In this document: positions 46,327-59,413 of the stretch, piece by piece | Layout of the letters: the number at the start of each line of letters is the position of its first letter | Position numbering within the stretch: the first letter of the stretch is position 1 | Assembly (NCBI GenBank): GCA_054600435.1 | Contig: BAAIJX010000018.1 | Coordinates: 1-64,000, forward strand | Length of the DNA stretch: 64,000 nucleotides | Source of the DNA: Neophaeotheca triangularis | Lineage: Eukaryota | Direction of reading: 5' to 3' | The notes under the pieces: model-generated | The model's database searches: none | What the model saw: the letters and a program-made list of their open reading frames with translations, nothing else | What the model was told of the DNA's origin: nothing | Translations under genes and position numbers: made by a program

Positions 46327-47755
46327 GTTCCTGTTGTATGCGGTTGTTGTCTCGTGATGGAACTGTAAGTCGAAGTGGAAGCCAAGCTGGAGTTCAGAGG
46401 CACTGTCGGGTCACGTCACGGGAGAGACGAACTTAACGCCGAGGATTTAGTGACTAAGCTGGCAGCATCGAACGGAGGGCAGGCATTCACGACAACGTGA
46501 GAGATAGCAATGGTCAGACTGAGCTAGAGAGGAAGGTTTTGCATTGATGTACTACTATTACCGATGAGCGCTATGCAAGGAAGGCTGTAAACGAGTACAA
46601 AGCCATAGAGATGTCACTTTGATCTGAGATTGCTGAGCAGGCATGGTGCGATTCAGCGAGCACTCTTCGATAAGGGGCTTCTTTTTGAGCGATCGACGTC
46701 CAGTCGAGCTGTCTCGCTCTAGCAAAAGGGACCTACCGGTCTGGAGATTGAGTTGTGGGTGCCAAAGGGCGGCTGGCGCGGGGCTCGAGGTGTCATCGTA
46801 TCCAATATCGGGGAGATCAGGTTTGATTTCTCGGCAATGAATCTGCGCAACCATTTAATTGGATTTGTAGTTGGGTTGGAAGAGGCACCGAGGCGGAGCG
46901 AGTGGCAAGCAGGAAATGTCTAAACTTGATTTTTCAGTGACCTCGCATGTTGCTCGCTAATGGGCAAGCCTTGTTGTCGCGCGGCCTCACGTTCGATCTA
47001 GCTCGCTCCAGTCCGTGAAAATGTTGTTTATTCGAGCTAGCAAATCCATTGCGACGAAGAGCCAAGTATGGGATGCGCCCTTTAGCCTCTTTCGTAGCTT
47101 GAGGACAGCCGTTCCGAGGTCGTTCGGATTCGACAGGCCTTGTTACTCCTGAGGTCAAGATTGCATAAGGTCTCGCCGTCCACAAGGTAGTTGAGCTTGT
47201 ATCATATTTCTCCGGCCGGATGAGCGTTCTTGCCGGCGTGGAAGGGGGCTGCTCGCGAACCGCAATCACACTTCTGTGTTATAGGTTCCGCAGGCTCCAC
47301 TAAGCCCACGCGCTGCGAGTTCATATGCGCAGCCACCATCTCTGTCAGCTATGGGAACCGTGTATCACATTGAGAATAAAAGATTCGTTAATAGACTGCC
47401 ATTGAGAGGCTGGAATGAACTTGCCGTTACCCCGACCCGGCAGGTAAAAGCTCGCGTCAATGTCTCGTCCATTGATGCAAACACATTACACTGTCGCTGC
47501 GCTGGCAGTATGCAAGAGCGAGTGTGAGAGGTTTCATCGTAGGTTTGGTGTCGCGTGGAAACGTCGGCGGAGGTGTCCTAGGTGTCGTCGCTCTCTGAAG
47601 TTGAGCGACGCTGGAAGCCGCCAAGCCCCGCTAGTCCCGCAGAGGAAACAAACCCACACAGCGGGTTACAACTTCGCCAACCTGAAATTCTGAGAACCTT
47701 TAAGCAGCGTAGCCAGCGACGACAACAACCACATAACCCATCACAGACAAGCAAG

Positions 47756-48808
47756 ATGGTACGCCGTACCCCATGAGCCTTTACGGTGGATTGAGTGCGA
47801 GGATCTAACAGTCTACAGGGTCGTGTCATCCGCAACCAGAGGAAGGGCCGTGGCTCTATCTTCACTGTGAGTACAGCGCCTGATGAAAACCACGATCGAG
47901 ACATGAGACTGACAATAGACAGGCGCACACAAGTATGCTTCACCGAATGGGTTCGTCATTCTTTGTGGCGAGATGCTGACAGTCGACTCTAGGACTCAAC
48001 AAGGCCCCCGCGCAATTCCGTACCTACGATTTCGCTGAGCGCCATGGCTACATTCGCGGTGTAGTCAAGGATGTCATCCACGATCCCGGCCGTGGTGCTC
48101 CTCTCGCCAAAGTCCAGTTCCGTGACCCTTACCGCTACAAGTTGCACACCGAGACTTTCATCGCGAACGAGGGCATGTACTCCGGACAGTTCGTCTACGC
48201 CGGCAAGAACGCTGCCCTCACCATCGGCAACATCCTCCCTCTCGGCTCCGTCCCTGAGGGTACCGTCGTCACGAACGTGGAGGAGAAGATGGGCGACCGT
48301 GGTACTTTGGGCAGGACTTCCGGCAACTACGTCACCGTCATTGGCCACAACCCCGATGAGGGCAAGACGAGGATCAAGCTTCCCAGCGGTGCGAAGAAGG
48401 TGGTCAAGAGCTCGGTGCGCGGCATGATCGGCATCGTTGCTGGTGGTGGAAGGACGGACAAGCCTCTCCTCAGTACGTTTGGCAGCTAGGAAGGAGTGTT
48501 TGGAATCGGTACACTAACAAGCGAACAGAGGCTTCCCGTGCCAAGCACAAGTTCGCTGTCAAGCGCAACTCGTGGCCCAAGACTCGTGGTGTTGCCATGA
48601 ACCCCGTCGACCATGTACGAATCACCATTCCTATTAAGCTTTGGGGCAGAGTGCTGACACATTTCTATAGCCTCACGGTGGTGGTAACCACCAGCATATC
48701 GGTAAAGCTTCGACCATCTCTCGCGAGGCTGCCCAGGGTCAAAAAGCCGGTCTCATCGCCGCCAGGAGAACCGGTCTGCTCCGTGGTACTCAGAAGACCA
48801 AGGACTAG
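47756..48808 (+). CDS. RPL2: 60S ribosomal protein L2 (uL2/L8), 6 exons
   Basis: [68 protein letters not shown]. Confidence 0.98.
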
Positions 48809-49976
48809 ATGTTGCATTGAGGAATCCGTCGGTGTTGGTTGGGTCTTTCTGCGCTCGGGTCAAAGTTTTCGGCAGAGTTATCAGCTTTGTAGCTTAGCTG
48901 AGGCAGAGCAAATCATGCAAGCACCATCTCGCGTTCAAGTCTCCTTTCACGTGGAACAGTTTAAGGGCCTACGACCCGACGCCCCGTGCCATCTCGAGCT
49001 CAGATTTGATCAATCTCAGTAAAATCGAAAGTATTGTGATTGCTCTCCGCCGTTTCCAGGCCTGGCGAAGCGGTAATCATGATGCACGACAACAACTACC
49101 ACGTGCTTCATTAGATGCGTGGCCGGACGTTCTTTGGAGAGCGTCGCTGTACGCCACCCGAATGTACGATACTGCTAAGTGGATGCAGATGGAATTTAAA
49201 AAATTTCTAACAGACATGTGTGGTAGCATGCGATCTCGCTGTGGTCACGTATGAGCACGTATCTCTTGTTTTGGCACGCAACCGTCTTAAACTTACCCAG
49301 GAGGTATCTAGGAGGTAGGTACCGTAGATTGGAAGGCATCAAAAGTCGATCTGCAATGGCATCATGGTCACGTGTACTAGGTATTGTTATCTCGACTTCT
49401 AGCCGTCCGGGTGCTTCCCGTCATGTGCAAAAACAACGGGCGCTAGTAGACTTTTGGCTTGACACGTGTGCTATCTGGCCGCGGATGGCCGAAAGTTGCA
49501 GGAACCCTGCCGATGATTAAAGTTGGGTTGCGTGTGGGGTGTCACGGTTTAGACTTCCAGGTCCAGTTCCCTCTGTATGTATACCTATTCTTATTGCACT
49601 TCCAAACAACGGCTTGTATTGTGAGTGCAAGACGGACGGCATGCTCGTTGCGTGTGGTCACTGAGACAGTGTTGTTGTTTAGCAGTCTTGCAGCATTGAC
49701 ACTGTCGCTTACATACCTACCTACCTTAGTACTGGCAGGAGCTGACTACAAACAAGCCAGCGCCTGCCAACTATTTCGCTGATCAGTAGCTTGCAGCAGT
49801 AGCCCAAGGGCCTCGATAACAGCTCGCTACCTACTAGTACATGGTAGTCACTTCTGTCTCTACCAGCCACATTCTCTAACCCGCTCGTCATTCGAGCATC
49901 GTAGCGAGAAGGACACGACCACCTACCTACAGACTAACATCAACGACCGGATCCCCATTGTCACGTTTCCGCCAAC

Positions 49977-51383
49977 ATGAACATCAACAAGAAGCTCGAT
50001 CGTATGCGACAGTGGGGAAAGGAGAGGATGGGTGGTGAGGTACGGACAGACACGACCGATGACTTCAAGATGCTCGAAACGGAAATGCAGCTTCGGCACG
50101 AAGGTGTGGGATAATAATTGTCCAGGGCAAGGAAGGGAGCCATCCACTGACGTGCTGCCAGGCCTTGACCGTATTAACAAAGCCTCCAACACCTATATCA
50201 AGACACTATCGAAGCGCGATCAATACGAAGGCAGAGAGAAGCAAATGCCAGTTGCTTACTTTGGAAATTCACTTGTGGCCCATGGCGACGACTTTGAGCC
50301 GGACTCAGAGTTTGGCCAGTGCCTCTCCTCGTTAGGTAGGGCCAATGAGCGAATCGCTCGCATGCAGGAAACCTATGTCGCCAATGCCACAAGCAGCTGG
50401 CTCGAGTCACTCGAACGATCCCTTGTGCAAATGCAGGAGTATCAAACGGCCCGCAAAAAGCTCGACACCAGGCGTCTGGCGTTCGACACCAGCCAGGCAA
50501 AGATGCAGAAGAGCAAAAAGGAAGACTTCCGCATGGAGGAGGAGCTCAGGAGTCAAAAAGCAAAATACGAGGAGAGCAACGAGGATGTGTACAGGCGCAT
50601 GCAGGACATAAAGGAGGCAGAGGCAGACAGCGTACAAGACCTCACCAGCTTCCTCGAGGCTGAGTTGAGCTACTACGATCGTTGCCGCGAAGTTTTGTTC
50701 CAGGTAAAGAAGGAGTGGCCTACGTAAGTTGCTCACAGCATTCAAAGGATGCCGTGGAACGACACGCTAATACTCGGCTTAGGCCTGCCGCCGCCGCCAA
50801 CAACAATCGTTCGGAGAGTCCTGGCAACGGTTTTGGTCGTCGACCAACGCGATCCAGGTCCAATACAGCAACGAGCCTGGGTGACCGCTTCAACCGCATC
50901 GTGGAAGAAGAGCCCCTGGAGCCACCTGTGCGGCCCAGCTCGCGCATACCCTCGGGTCAGAGTAGTCCTCGCCGAGAGATGCCCGGCTTTGACCTGCCAG
51001 CTCGGCCTCATGCCAACAGCCGAACCAACTCTGGATTCGAAGGGCCCACCAGTCTCCGCGATGGCTCACCTGGCGACATGCCCCGTCTCTCGCGTGTTCC
51101 CACCGAGCCCGGCCACATCCAAGGGGCGAGATCGAATCTGCGATCTATCTCTACACAGCGGCAGATGAGCGGCGACGTGTTTGGCGACGATGGCGAGAGC
51201 GTCACGTCCGAAACTCCCAGCTCATACCTTGAGCCCCATCGTCAACCAAGTTTCGGAGCTGCGGCCATGGAATCTGGGAAGAAAGCTGCACCGCCGCCAC
51301 CACCATCCCGATCCAAGAAGCCACCCCCACCTCCTCCCTTGAAGCGAAGTGCTCTTAGTACGAGCGAATTGCCGCGGGGATAG
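49977..51383 (+). CDS. N-BAR domain protein with Pro-rich tail, 3 exons
   Basis: MNINKKLDRMRQWGKERMG..DDFKMLETEM, ARKKLDTRRLAFD, EEELRSQKAKYEES, LTSFLEAELSYY. C-terminal PPPPP motifs. Confidence 0.85.
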
Positions 51384-51969
51384 AGGGCCCTCCTGTGGGG
51401 CCTATGAGAGCGACGGAGACAAGTGGAGCAGGAAGTGAGAGATGAGAAGTGAAACAGGAACGGATGAGAAGAGGATCGGGATTCCTAAACGGAGATGCAG
51501 GATTGATTTGCCTTGCGAATTGGCGGATACCCGAAACACAGTCGATCTGCTAGACAGGCTGGACCTGTTGCGAGTACCGACAGTACCACAATTTCTCTTT
51601 GCCAACTCTTACATATCAAGCTCAAGAGCATAACTGGTACACTGTGTAATCCCTCGCGATGCCCCGAGGGAAGTGTCGGAGTACGACCGAAAGTAACCCC
51701 TCCCATGGCCCTCGCTTTTTGGCGAGCTCCAATACCCCATCCTGCGACAAGTGTCTGTGCGCGAATCCGATCGCATTCGTCCATCTTTTGAACCCATTCG
51801 GCTGTACTCCAGTTGTCCCACGCACTGGCGCGGCGCATCGATCGCGGCGCAGGAAATGCCTTTCCCCCTAGCGCAGGCTCGCAGTCCGTAAGTGAGACGT
51901 AGTGCTTCGAGAATTCCAAGTTTTGAGTCTCTTCGAGGACATTTCTTTTGAAAGATCAGACTCAATCCT

Positions 51970-52446
51970 TCACCGCTTGGACTTTTTCGGGTGCTTGGCG
52001 AAGGTCATGGTGTTGCGGAGCTTGCGGTGCTTCTTCTTCTCAATCTTCGCCTTCTTGGTCTCCTTTGCCTTCTTCTGCGCGCGCACGCTCATGGATCTTT
52101 CGGACGGCTTTTTAGAACTCGCGCCGTCGACATCCATTTCCTCGTCTGCGTCGAGCTTGCGGCCTCTGGTTTCTTGCTCTTCCGAGTCGGCGGCCTTGGA
52201 ATCCAGGTCTGCTTCGGTCTCGACGTCCATTTTGTTGGTGCTCTCGGGCTTGGGCTTCGAGGCTAGGCTCATGAGTTTGGCGTTCCTGTTAGTAGATAAG
52301 TGTTAGCAATGATACTCGGATTCAAGGGTGATTTTCCGGCCCACGTACAATCTCTCATTGCGAGCTTGCTCTACTGGGCCAAAGACGCGCTCACGGAGAC
52401 CGGTCTTGTTCTTCTTGACCCTGCTTGATCGAAGACTTTTCGTCAT
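51970..52446 (-). CDS. Small basic DUF2423 / YBL028C-like protein, 2 exons
   Basis: MTKSLRSSRVKKNKTGLRERVFGPVEQARNERL|NAKL, Lys/Arg-rich tail. Confidence 0.8.
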
Positions 52447-53149
52447 GCTGTCGGTATGATGAGCACTTTAGAGGGTTTTGTGTTTGGAGTGGTCAGATGT
52501 GCGCGTGCAATGTCTTGAGGCACGATGGTCTACCTAGGTAGTCGAGATATGGTAGAAGAAAACGAGCGCACAGATCATGCAGTGGCTTATCGATAGTGCA
52601 CCTCATTCGACAGCAGCCAATGCGCCGGCGCGGTGAGCGCGAGGTGAGTGTGCGCATCACAAGTGCAATTCACTTCACGTCTCTTGTTCTAACGACCGGT
52701 TTACCACCGCTGCTTTCTTCCTCTTCTCGCGTATCGCATAGTACATTCTGACCCACGGCCTTTCCACCGGCGCCTCATTCATGCCTCTATAGCTGCCTGA
52801 GGCGGTTTGGTGCGACCAGTGACGTTACAGCGTTCTTGCCTTCACTTCCGCTCCATGGCGTACCTTCCAATCCGAGAATGCGCTCAAGCTCACCTGGTCT
52901 CACCTGCTTCTTCGATTTCAATCTCACCGGCCTCCCAACTCCGACCATCACTGCGAGAAGCGCCTGAGTCTCGTGCCAATTAACGTTGGTTGATTCTACC
53001 ACCACCACCTCTTTCCCACGACTCACTCCGCCAAACACTCCCTACTCGATATTTACTCGATACCACTTTCGCGCCTACAGCAGGCAGGGTAGTACCTTCG
53101 AGAATAATAACACTGCGACTGCAACGCAGGCGCCAAGGGCGCAAGGAGC

Positions 53150-55316
53150 ATGGCGTCAGGTGCTGTCATATCGCAGCATGACCGGGCCAATGTCGAGGCT
53201 CGACTCAAGAGTGTGACCAACGATGTGCTTAAGACAATCCTCAGGGCATATCAAAAACCAATCTATGGTGTCAAATCACAATTGCAGACAAGGTGTCTCG
53301 AAGGTGGGCTTGACAACGCTTTCCTGCATGCAAAGTGAAACACCCCCGCTGATCAATCCTTCCAGTTCTCAATAACATCGAAGCGAGAGGAGACTTGGCT
53401 GCCTTCAACAAGCTCTATCATCGAGTGAACAACCGTGGCGACTCGCCCCCGCCAGCGGGCGTCATGTCGGGACCTTCCCATGGCACTATTTCTTCCACCA
53501 GCGGCTACCGGGGCATTAACATGGCCCCAGCAGCCAGCAGACCAGGCCCAACGGCGCATCGCCTGCCCCAAGGCGGAAACTGTAAGAGTTGCCAACTCTG
53601 CGAGCCTCATTGGACGTCTTGCTAACCAAGCCCCCAGACTTCACCAAAAGTCCATTTTACGAAATCGAGCAGATGGTGATGCCACTCGGTGATCTACCTG
53701 GTAAACACTTATCAATACACGTGCAACATCTTATCCGAAAACTAATACGTAGCGACGTAGAAATGCCACAAAATCGCCACACCATACGACCAACCTTGAC
53801 GCTTGACGAAGGTATCCGCGAGCGATTGGTAAACGACCCTAGTCTGCGTCTGCTTCTATACAGCGGCCCCTCCGGGGCTATGAACCCATACAGCTTGGTC
53901 GACATTGCTTTCCCAAACCAGCTCGAAGTTAAGGTCAACGGCGAGGATGTGAAGCACAACTTCAAAGGTCTGAAGAACAAACCTGGCTCGACCAAACCCG
54001 CGGACATCACCTCGTTTGTCAGAAAAAAGCAGCCATCCTTCTCCAACCAGTTCAGCATCACGTATGCACTTACCACGAAAAGATTCTCCTACTGCGTCTA
54101 CCTGGCGCGCTACATGAGCCCAGAAGTACTCACCGGGAGGATCAAGAAGCAGAGCGTCATCCCAAAGCAACAAGTGATTCACGAGATGAACAAAGCCAAC
54201 GATGACCCGGACATTGCCGCCACGTCGACGGTCATGTCACTCAAGGACCCCATTTCGACACTGCGCATCACTTTACCCATCCGCTCTACCGTGTGCAGTC
54301 ACAATCAGTGTTTCGATGGCACCTTTTTCATGCAGCTGCAAGAACAAGCTCCGACTTGGTCGTGTCCGGTCTGCAGCAAGCATGTTTCTTTTCCCTCGCT
54401 GTGCGTAGATCAATACGTGGAGGACATACTGAGTAACACAAAGCAGTCCATCGAGAAGGTCACCGTGGAACCGAACGGTCAATGGTCAGTCCTAAAAGAT
54501 GGCGACGAGGAGGAAGTCAAGAACAAGGATAAGCCCAGAGCTGCCTACGACAATGAGTCCGAAGACGATCTGGTTGAAGTGGTAGAGCCTGCGGCGAAGA
54601 AACCCACCAATGGCCTTGGCCCTCCGTTCCAGCCCACCAAGACTGCCTCTCCTTTCCCCTCCACCTCTGGGCCCATCAATACTCCGCCAGTGTCCTCTCG
54701 CGAGCCATCGATAGCACAGTCCACATCGTCACTCCAGAGACCGGGCAACAAGCGCGCATCCTCGGCCGTCATCGATCTAACGTTGTCGGACGACGATGAG
54801 CCTCCCAGGCCTGCCAAGCGTCAAACCACATCAGTCAACACGAACGGTCAGAACAATCAATCTAATCCCTACAGTACCCCTACATCAATACCAGATCATC
54901 GTCAAAACTTACCGGGGTTCCCTGCGCAGCATAGCAATGCTGACTATTACGGTGAGTATAGGCCGGGCACAGGAAGTGGGCGACATGCCAGCGTCTCCAG
55001 CAGAGACGACAACCACAACAACAACGCCGCATTCGGGCACGCCGGAGCCACATCCCTCGGAACACAGTCGCCGGCTAGGCCTCCGTCAGGGTCCACCTAC
55101 GGGCCACCTTCTTTTGCATCGGTCCAGCCTCCGCGACCCCCCAGCGCGTCGATAGGCAACGGCACAGCGTTTCCCTTCAGATCGCAGAGCCACGAGTACG
55201 GGCAATCAGGGCTGAGGCTACCACCGATGCAAAGCCAGCCTCCAGACGCGTACACGAACGGTTTTCAAGGCTGGAGGAGCGATCGTAGCAACTATTCAAA
55301 TAGCCCGGGATCGTGA
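53150..55316 (+). CDS. SIZ1: SUMO E3 ligase, PIAS/Siz family (PINIT + SP-RING), 4 exons
   Basis: KGLKNKPGSTKPADIT (PINIT-like). SP-RING LKDPISTLRITLPIRSTVCSHNQCFD..WSCPVC. SIM VIDLTLSDDDE. Confidence 0.92.
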
Positions 55317-56192
55317 AGAGGGTGGATGCATGATGGGTGGGCGGCGTTTCACAGGAGTAGCATAATTGTTTTCATCGAGCAAGGCGCATGGGTGGCACGG
55401 GTTTGCTCAAGAAGCGGAGAGGCATGGCATGGCTTGGGAGTTTACATGGAGATACCTCAATGCTACCGAGAGGCACGGCGTCTGCAGATGATGCATACGA
55501 TACTGAACCTACGTACATAAAACCTCGCGAATGAAATGATGGATCGGGCAGCTTATTATCCGTTGCCATCGGGGGTGAACGTGGAGTGATGCTGTCGCGG
55601 CCTTTGCGGCACGAATCGTTAGATGTGAGTCCGTACAGATCAGGCCATGCATGGACAGAATCGCATGTTGTCCCGCATCCGAATGGGCATGGACTTGACA
55701 ACCTAAGGAGGGCGAACAGGAGAGTTGTGCGGCAGAAAGGACAAAGGCAGGAACGGCGGCGAATGAGAAGTGGCGAGCGTGTTGAGCTTGAGGTGCTTGC
55801 CGAGAGAGCGGCGTTGGCGTTGGACCCTGGGCAGAACGAGAAAAACGTGGGCCGAGGGGTCCACTGGAAATTGCCAAAGTCGAACCACTTCTGCTTGTCT
55901 CCCGATCGTCTCTTAACGCCGCGACTCCTCCGATGTTTTTGTTCCTGTTATTCACTACTACTACTACCACTACTACTACTTCTTCTCTCTAGCAATACCC
56001 ACAAACGTTGTGACTTTTGCTGCCTCGCCACCACTCTTCACTATCTTCCATCAATTGGTCTCTAAAATCGCTTGGTTCTGTTAGATCGATCAACCAAAGC
56101 TTGAACTGTCGACGATTGTGCGCAGAGCTTTGAGTTACGCATACCTCACAACTCCTCCCCCCCCCCCCCCTTACCTCTCCTCAACCGCCGCC

Positions 56193-57375
56193 ATGGACAT
56201 CGTCTTAGAGATCTTCGACACCTTCATTGGTGATCCCGTTTACGCCAAACTCCTCCCTCGACAAGCTCTGCCTCCTTTCGATCCCATCTCAACCATAACC
56301 GCCTCCTTCAAAGGCTACCCCGACGCCAATGCCTCATGGGCCGATAGCATTGCCCATGGAGCTTATCAAGCATCGACATGGACATGGGAGCCGGCAAGTC
56401 AATACTTCAATTTGGAGCCGAGCCATTACGCATACGAGAGTCAATGGGATAGGGATAACATGTGGAGGCAAATGTGCAGTTTCCTTCTCATCTCATGGTA
56501 AGAGGCAAACACAGGATCGACGGCAAGCATTGGAAATGTCCGCTGACTTTATGATCAGGTTCTTTGGCATTTGCGTGTACTTCTTCTTCGCCAGCCTTAG
56601 CTACGTCTTCATCTTCGACAAGGACACTTTCAAGCACCCCAAATACTTGAAGAACCAGATGCGCATGGAAATACAGCAGACGATGGGTGCGATCCCTATC
56701 ATCGCCGTCTTCACAGCCCCCATATTCGTCCTGGAAGTACGCGGGTACTCGTTCGTCTATGACACTGTCAGCAACCCCGGCTTTACCCACCCGCTTTTGA
56801 GCATCTTCGGTAGCAGCTGGAATTGGATTCAATTTCCGGTTTTCTTCTGCTTCACTGATTTCTGCATCTACTGGATCCACCGCGCTCTTCACAGCAAGCT
56901 TCTCTACAGGCGCCTGCACAAGCCTCACCACAAGTGGATCATGCCCACGCCTTACGCCTCACACGCCTTCCACCCGCTGGATGGCTACGCACAAGGAGTG
57001 CCCTACCACATCTTCGTCTTCCTGTTCCCGCTACAAAAGTTCGCCTACATTGCGCTCTTCACCTTTATCCAGATTTGGACCGTCATGATCCACGACGGCG
57101 AGTACGTGGCCAACAGCGCCATTATCAACGGCGCCGCTTGCCACACCATGCACCACTTGTACTTCAACTACAACTATGGCCAATTCACGACTTTCTGGGA
57201 CCGTCTGGGCGGCAGCTACAGGAAGCCCAACATGGAGCTCTTCTACAAGGAGACCAAAATGAGCGCCGAAGAGTGGCAGAGACAGGTCAAGGAGATGGAG
57301 CAAAAGGTCGTCGAGGTGGAGGGCAAGGATGAGAGGAGTTATGGGGATTTGGTAGAGGCCAAGAAGGTGCAGTGA
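56193..57375 (+). CDS. ERG3: C-5 sterol desaturase, 2 exons
   Basis: MDIVLEIFD start, His boxes HRALH, HKPHH and HTMHH, ASHAFHPLDG, YNYGQFTTFWDR. Intron 56498-56558. Confidence 0.96.
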
Positions 57376-58694
57376 GATATGTTGGAAAAGTATTGTCCTT
57401 TAGCGTAGCTGGAGCTTTTGGGAAAGACGGGGGGTTTGTTTCTTTTTGACTCGATTTAGCGATATTTCTTTAGTAGGCCCAGTGCCTGTGATCAATATAC
57501 TTAGCACAGTTAGCTCATCTCTGTCAGTCCTCAGAGAAAGCATCATCGTACTAGTAATATGGTCGGATGTGAAGAGTAATCTGGAAGTCTAGGGCATGGA
57601 TTAATGGATGCTGAAATGCATCCACACACTTCATTTGACATAACGGTAGATAGGTAGGTATTGTTATTTGCCACCAGGTCTTTGCTCGGAGTGGAATTTC
57701 GCGCGGTACAGACCAACGGCAGGCTACATTCGCAGCGCAATCACATGCATTCGGCATTGCCACACAAGTAGGAGGTAGGTGGGACGCCACGCAACGCACT
57801 CTAGAAGGTCGATGGAAGCCGAGCCAATATTGATTGGGGATTGCAACGAGTGAAGTATTGAAACCTACTACAAGATGATTATTACAGCAGTTTCTTAACA
57901 ACAATAATAACTTAGGTGATGGTCACCTTACCTACTGTACCCGTGAGTATGCAAGACTCGAGTTGCCGACAGTAGTCATAGCGCATGATTGGCAGCGCCG
58001 GTAAAGTTCAGCCTGACCGCTGCTTTCGACCCTACTATAGTACTGTACCTCACAGGCTATGCGTGCTCCGGACCACACGTCTTTTTCTCCGCCCGCCGCC
58101 GTCGACTTTCTGGGACGAGCCCTCGAGCTGGACGAGGAGGAGGTTCGGTGCGGTGCGCGCTGGTGTTGAGCTTGAGGGTGCCCCCTCCCCCCTCTGCTGG
58201 TGCCACTGCCGAGCGCAGGGATGTAATGGCATGGACGCGTTGAGCTTTATATTATCATGTAGTAACTACTAGTTATATGCCTTTACCTCTCTCCGACACC
58301 ACTGCCACTGTCCAATTGCTACGTTACTGCTACATACGTGGTAATTAACATATCCTCGACTGTTGCCCTCTTCCCCATTACTTCACCATTTGCTGCCCCT
58401 CGCGCTCAACACCTGCTGAAAGTCTCTGAACCTCGACATTGAGCTGCTCACCTGTCCGAAAACGCCTTGCAGGTCCCACACTCGATAGCTACTTAGCAAA
58501 TACATTCGAATATCTGCCGAAAGAGCAACTGAACGGAAAGGCACCTGTGCGCTCACGCCATCACTGTTGCGTCAACATTACCGAAGCGCGTGGATAGCAT
58601 TTCATATTCTTCTTCTGCATTTAAAGGCAGCGACAAGCGTATTGGCATTCCCTAGCAACACTCGAACGACGACACCCATCTACTCGAAACGACC

Positions 58695-59413
58695 ATGCCG
58701 CCTCAACAGAAACAGCGCAAGATGGCCATTGTCGGCAGCAGGTCCGTCGGTATAGCTCCCACGACACCATCTTGAACAGGCGCTTCACGCGCTTCGACAA
58801 CGAGCAGGCAAGCTAACAGAGCCCGCCGACAGGCAAATCCTCTCTCACCGTCCAATTCGTCGACGGCCACTTCGTCGACTCGTATTACCCGACCATCGAA
58901 AACACCTTTAGCAAAGTCATCCGCTACAAGAACCAGGACTTTGCCGTCGAGATCATCGACACGGCCGGGCAGGACGAATATTCGATCCTCAACAGCAAAC
59001 ACTTCATCGGCATCCACGGCTACATGATTGTCTACAGCGTGGCCAATAAGCAGAGCTTCGAGATGTGCAGGATTATCAGGGACAAGATTTTGAACCATAC
59101 GGTAGGGCTGACAATGTTGCTCTTGGCTTGACACGGAAGGCTGACTGCAAACTCGTTTGTTTGGTCCTCGCAGGGTGCCGATGCCGTCCCTTTGATCATC
59201 GTGGGCAACAAGTCCGACATGGACAAGCAGCGACAAATCTCCAGAGCCGATGGCAAGAAGCTGGCCGATGAGCTCGGTTGCGCTTTTGTCGAGACCAGCG
59301 CACGATCCAACGAGCATGTGAATGAGGCTTTCACTGGCATGATTGCGGAGATTGAGAAGGGGCAAGAGGCCGGGCAGCCAAAGGAGGGCAACTCAAAGTG
59401 CGCGGTGATGTGA
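58695..59413 (+). CDS. RHB1: Rheb small GTPase, 3 exons
   Basis: GSRSV|GKSS P-loop with the Rheb-specific Arg, YYPTIENTF, DTAGQDEYSILN, NKSD, CAAX box CAVM*. Confidence 0.96.

Noticed and set aside
46400..47600. 1.2-kb spacer with 65-111 aa ORFs; checked for an Ada-type or other small gene
   Set aside because: No Cys motif or other signature; treated as divergent promoter DNA.
51600..51900. Run of short hairpins (e.g. 51651-51670, 51711-51726, 51762-51779, 51809-51828) and a 144-aa ORF
   Set aside because: Stems are only 5-6 bp with no long-range closure; ORF lacks recognisable features.
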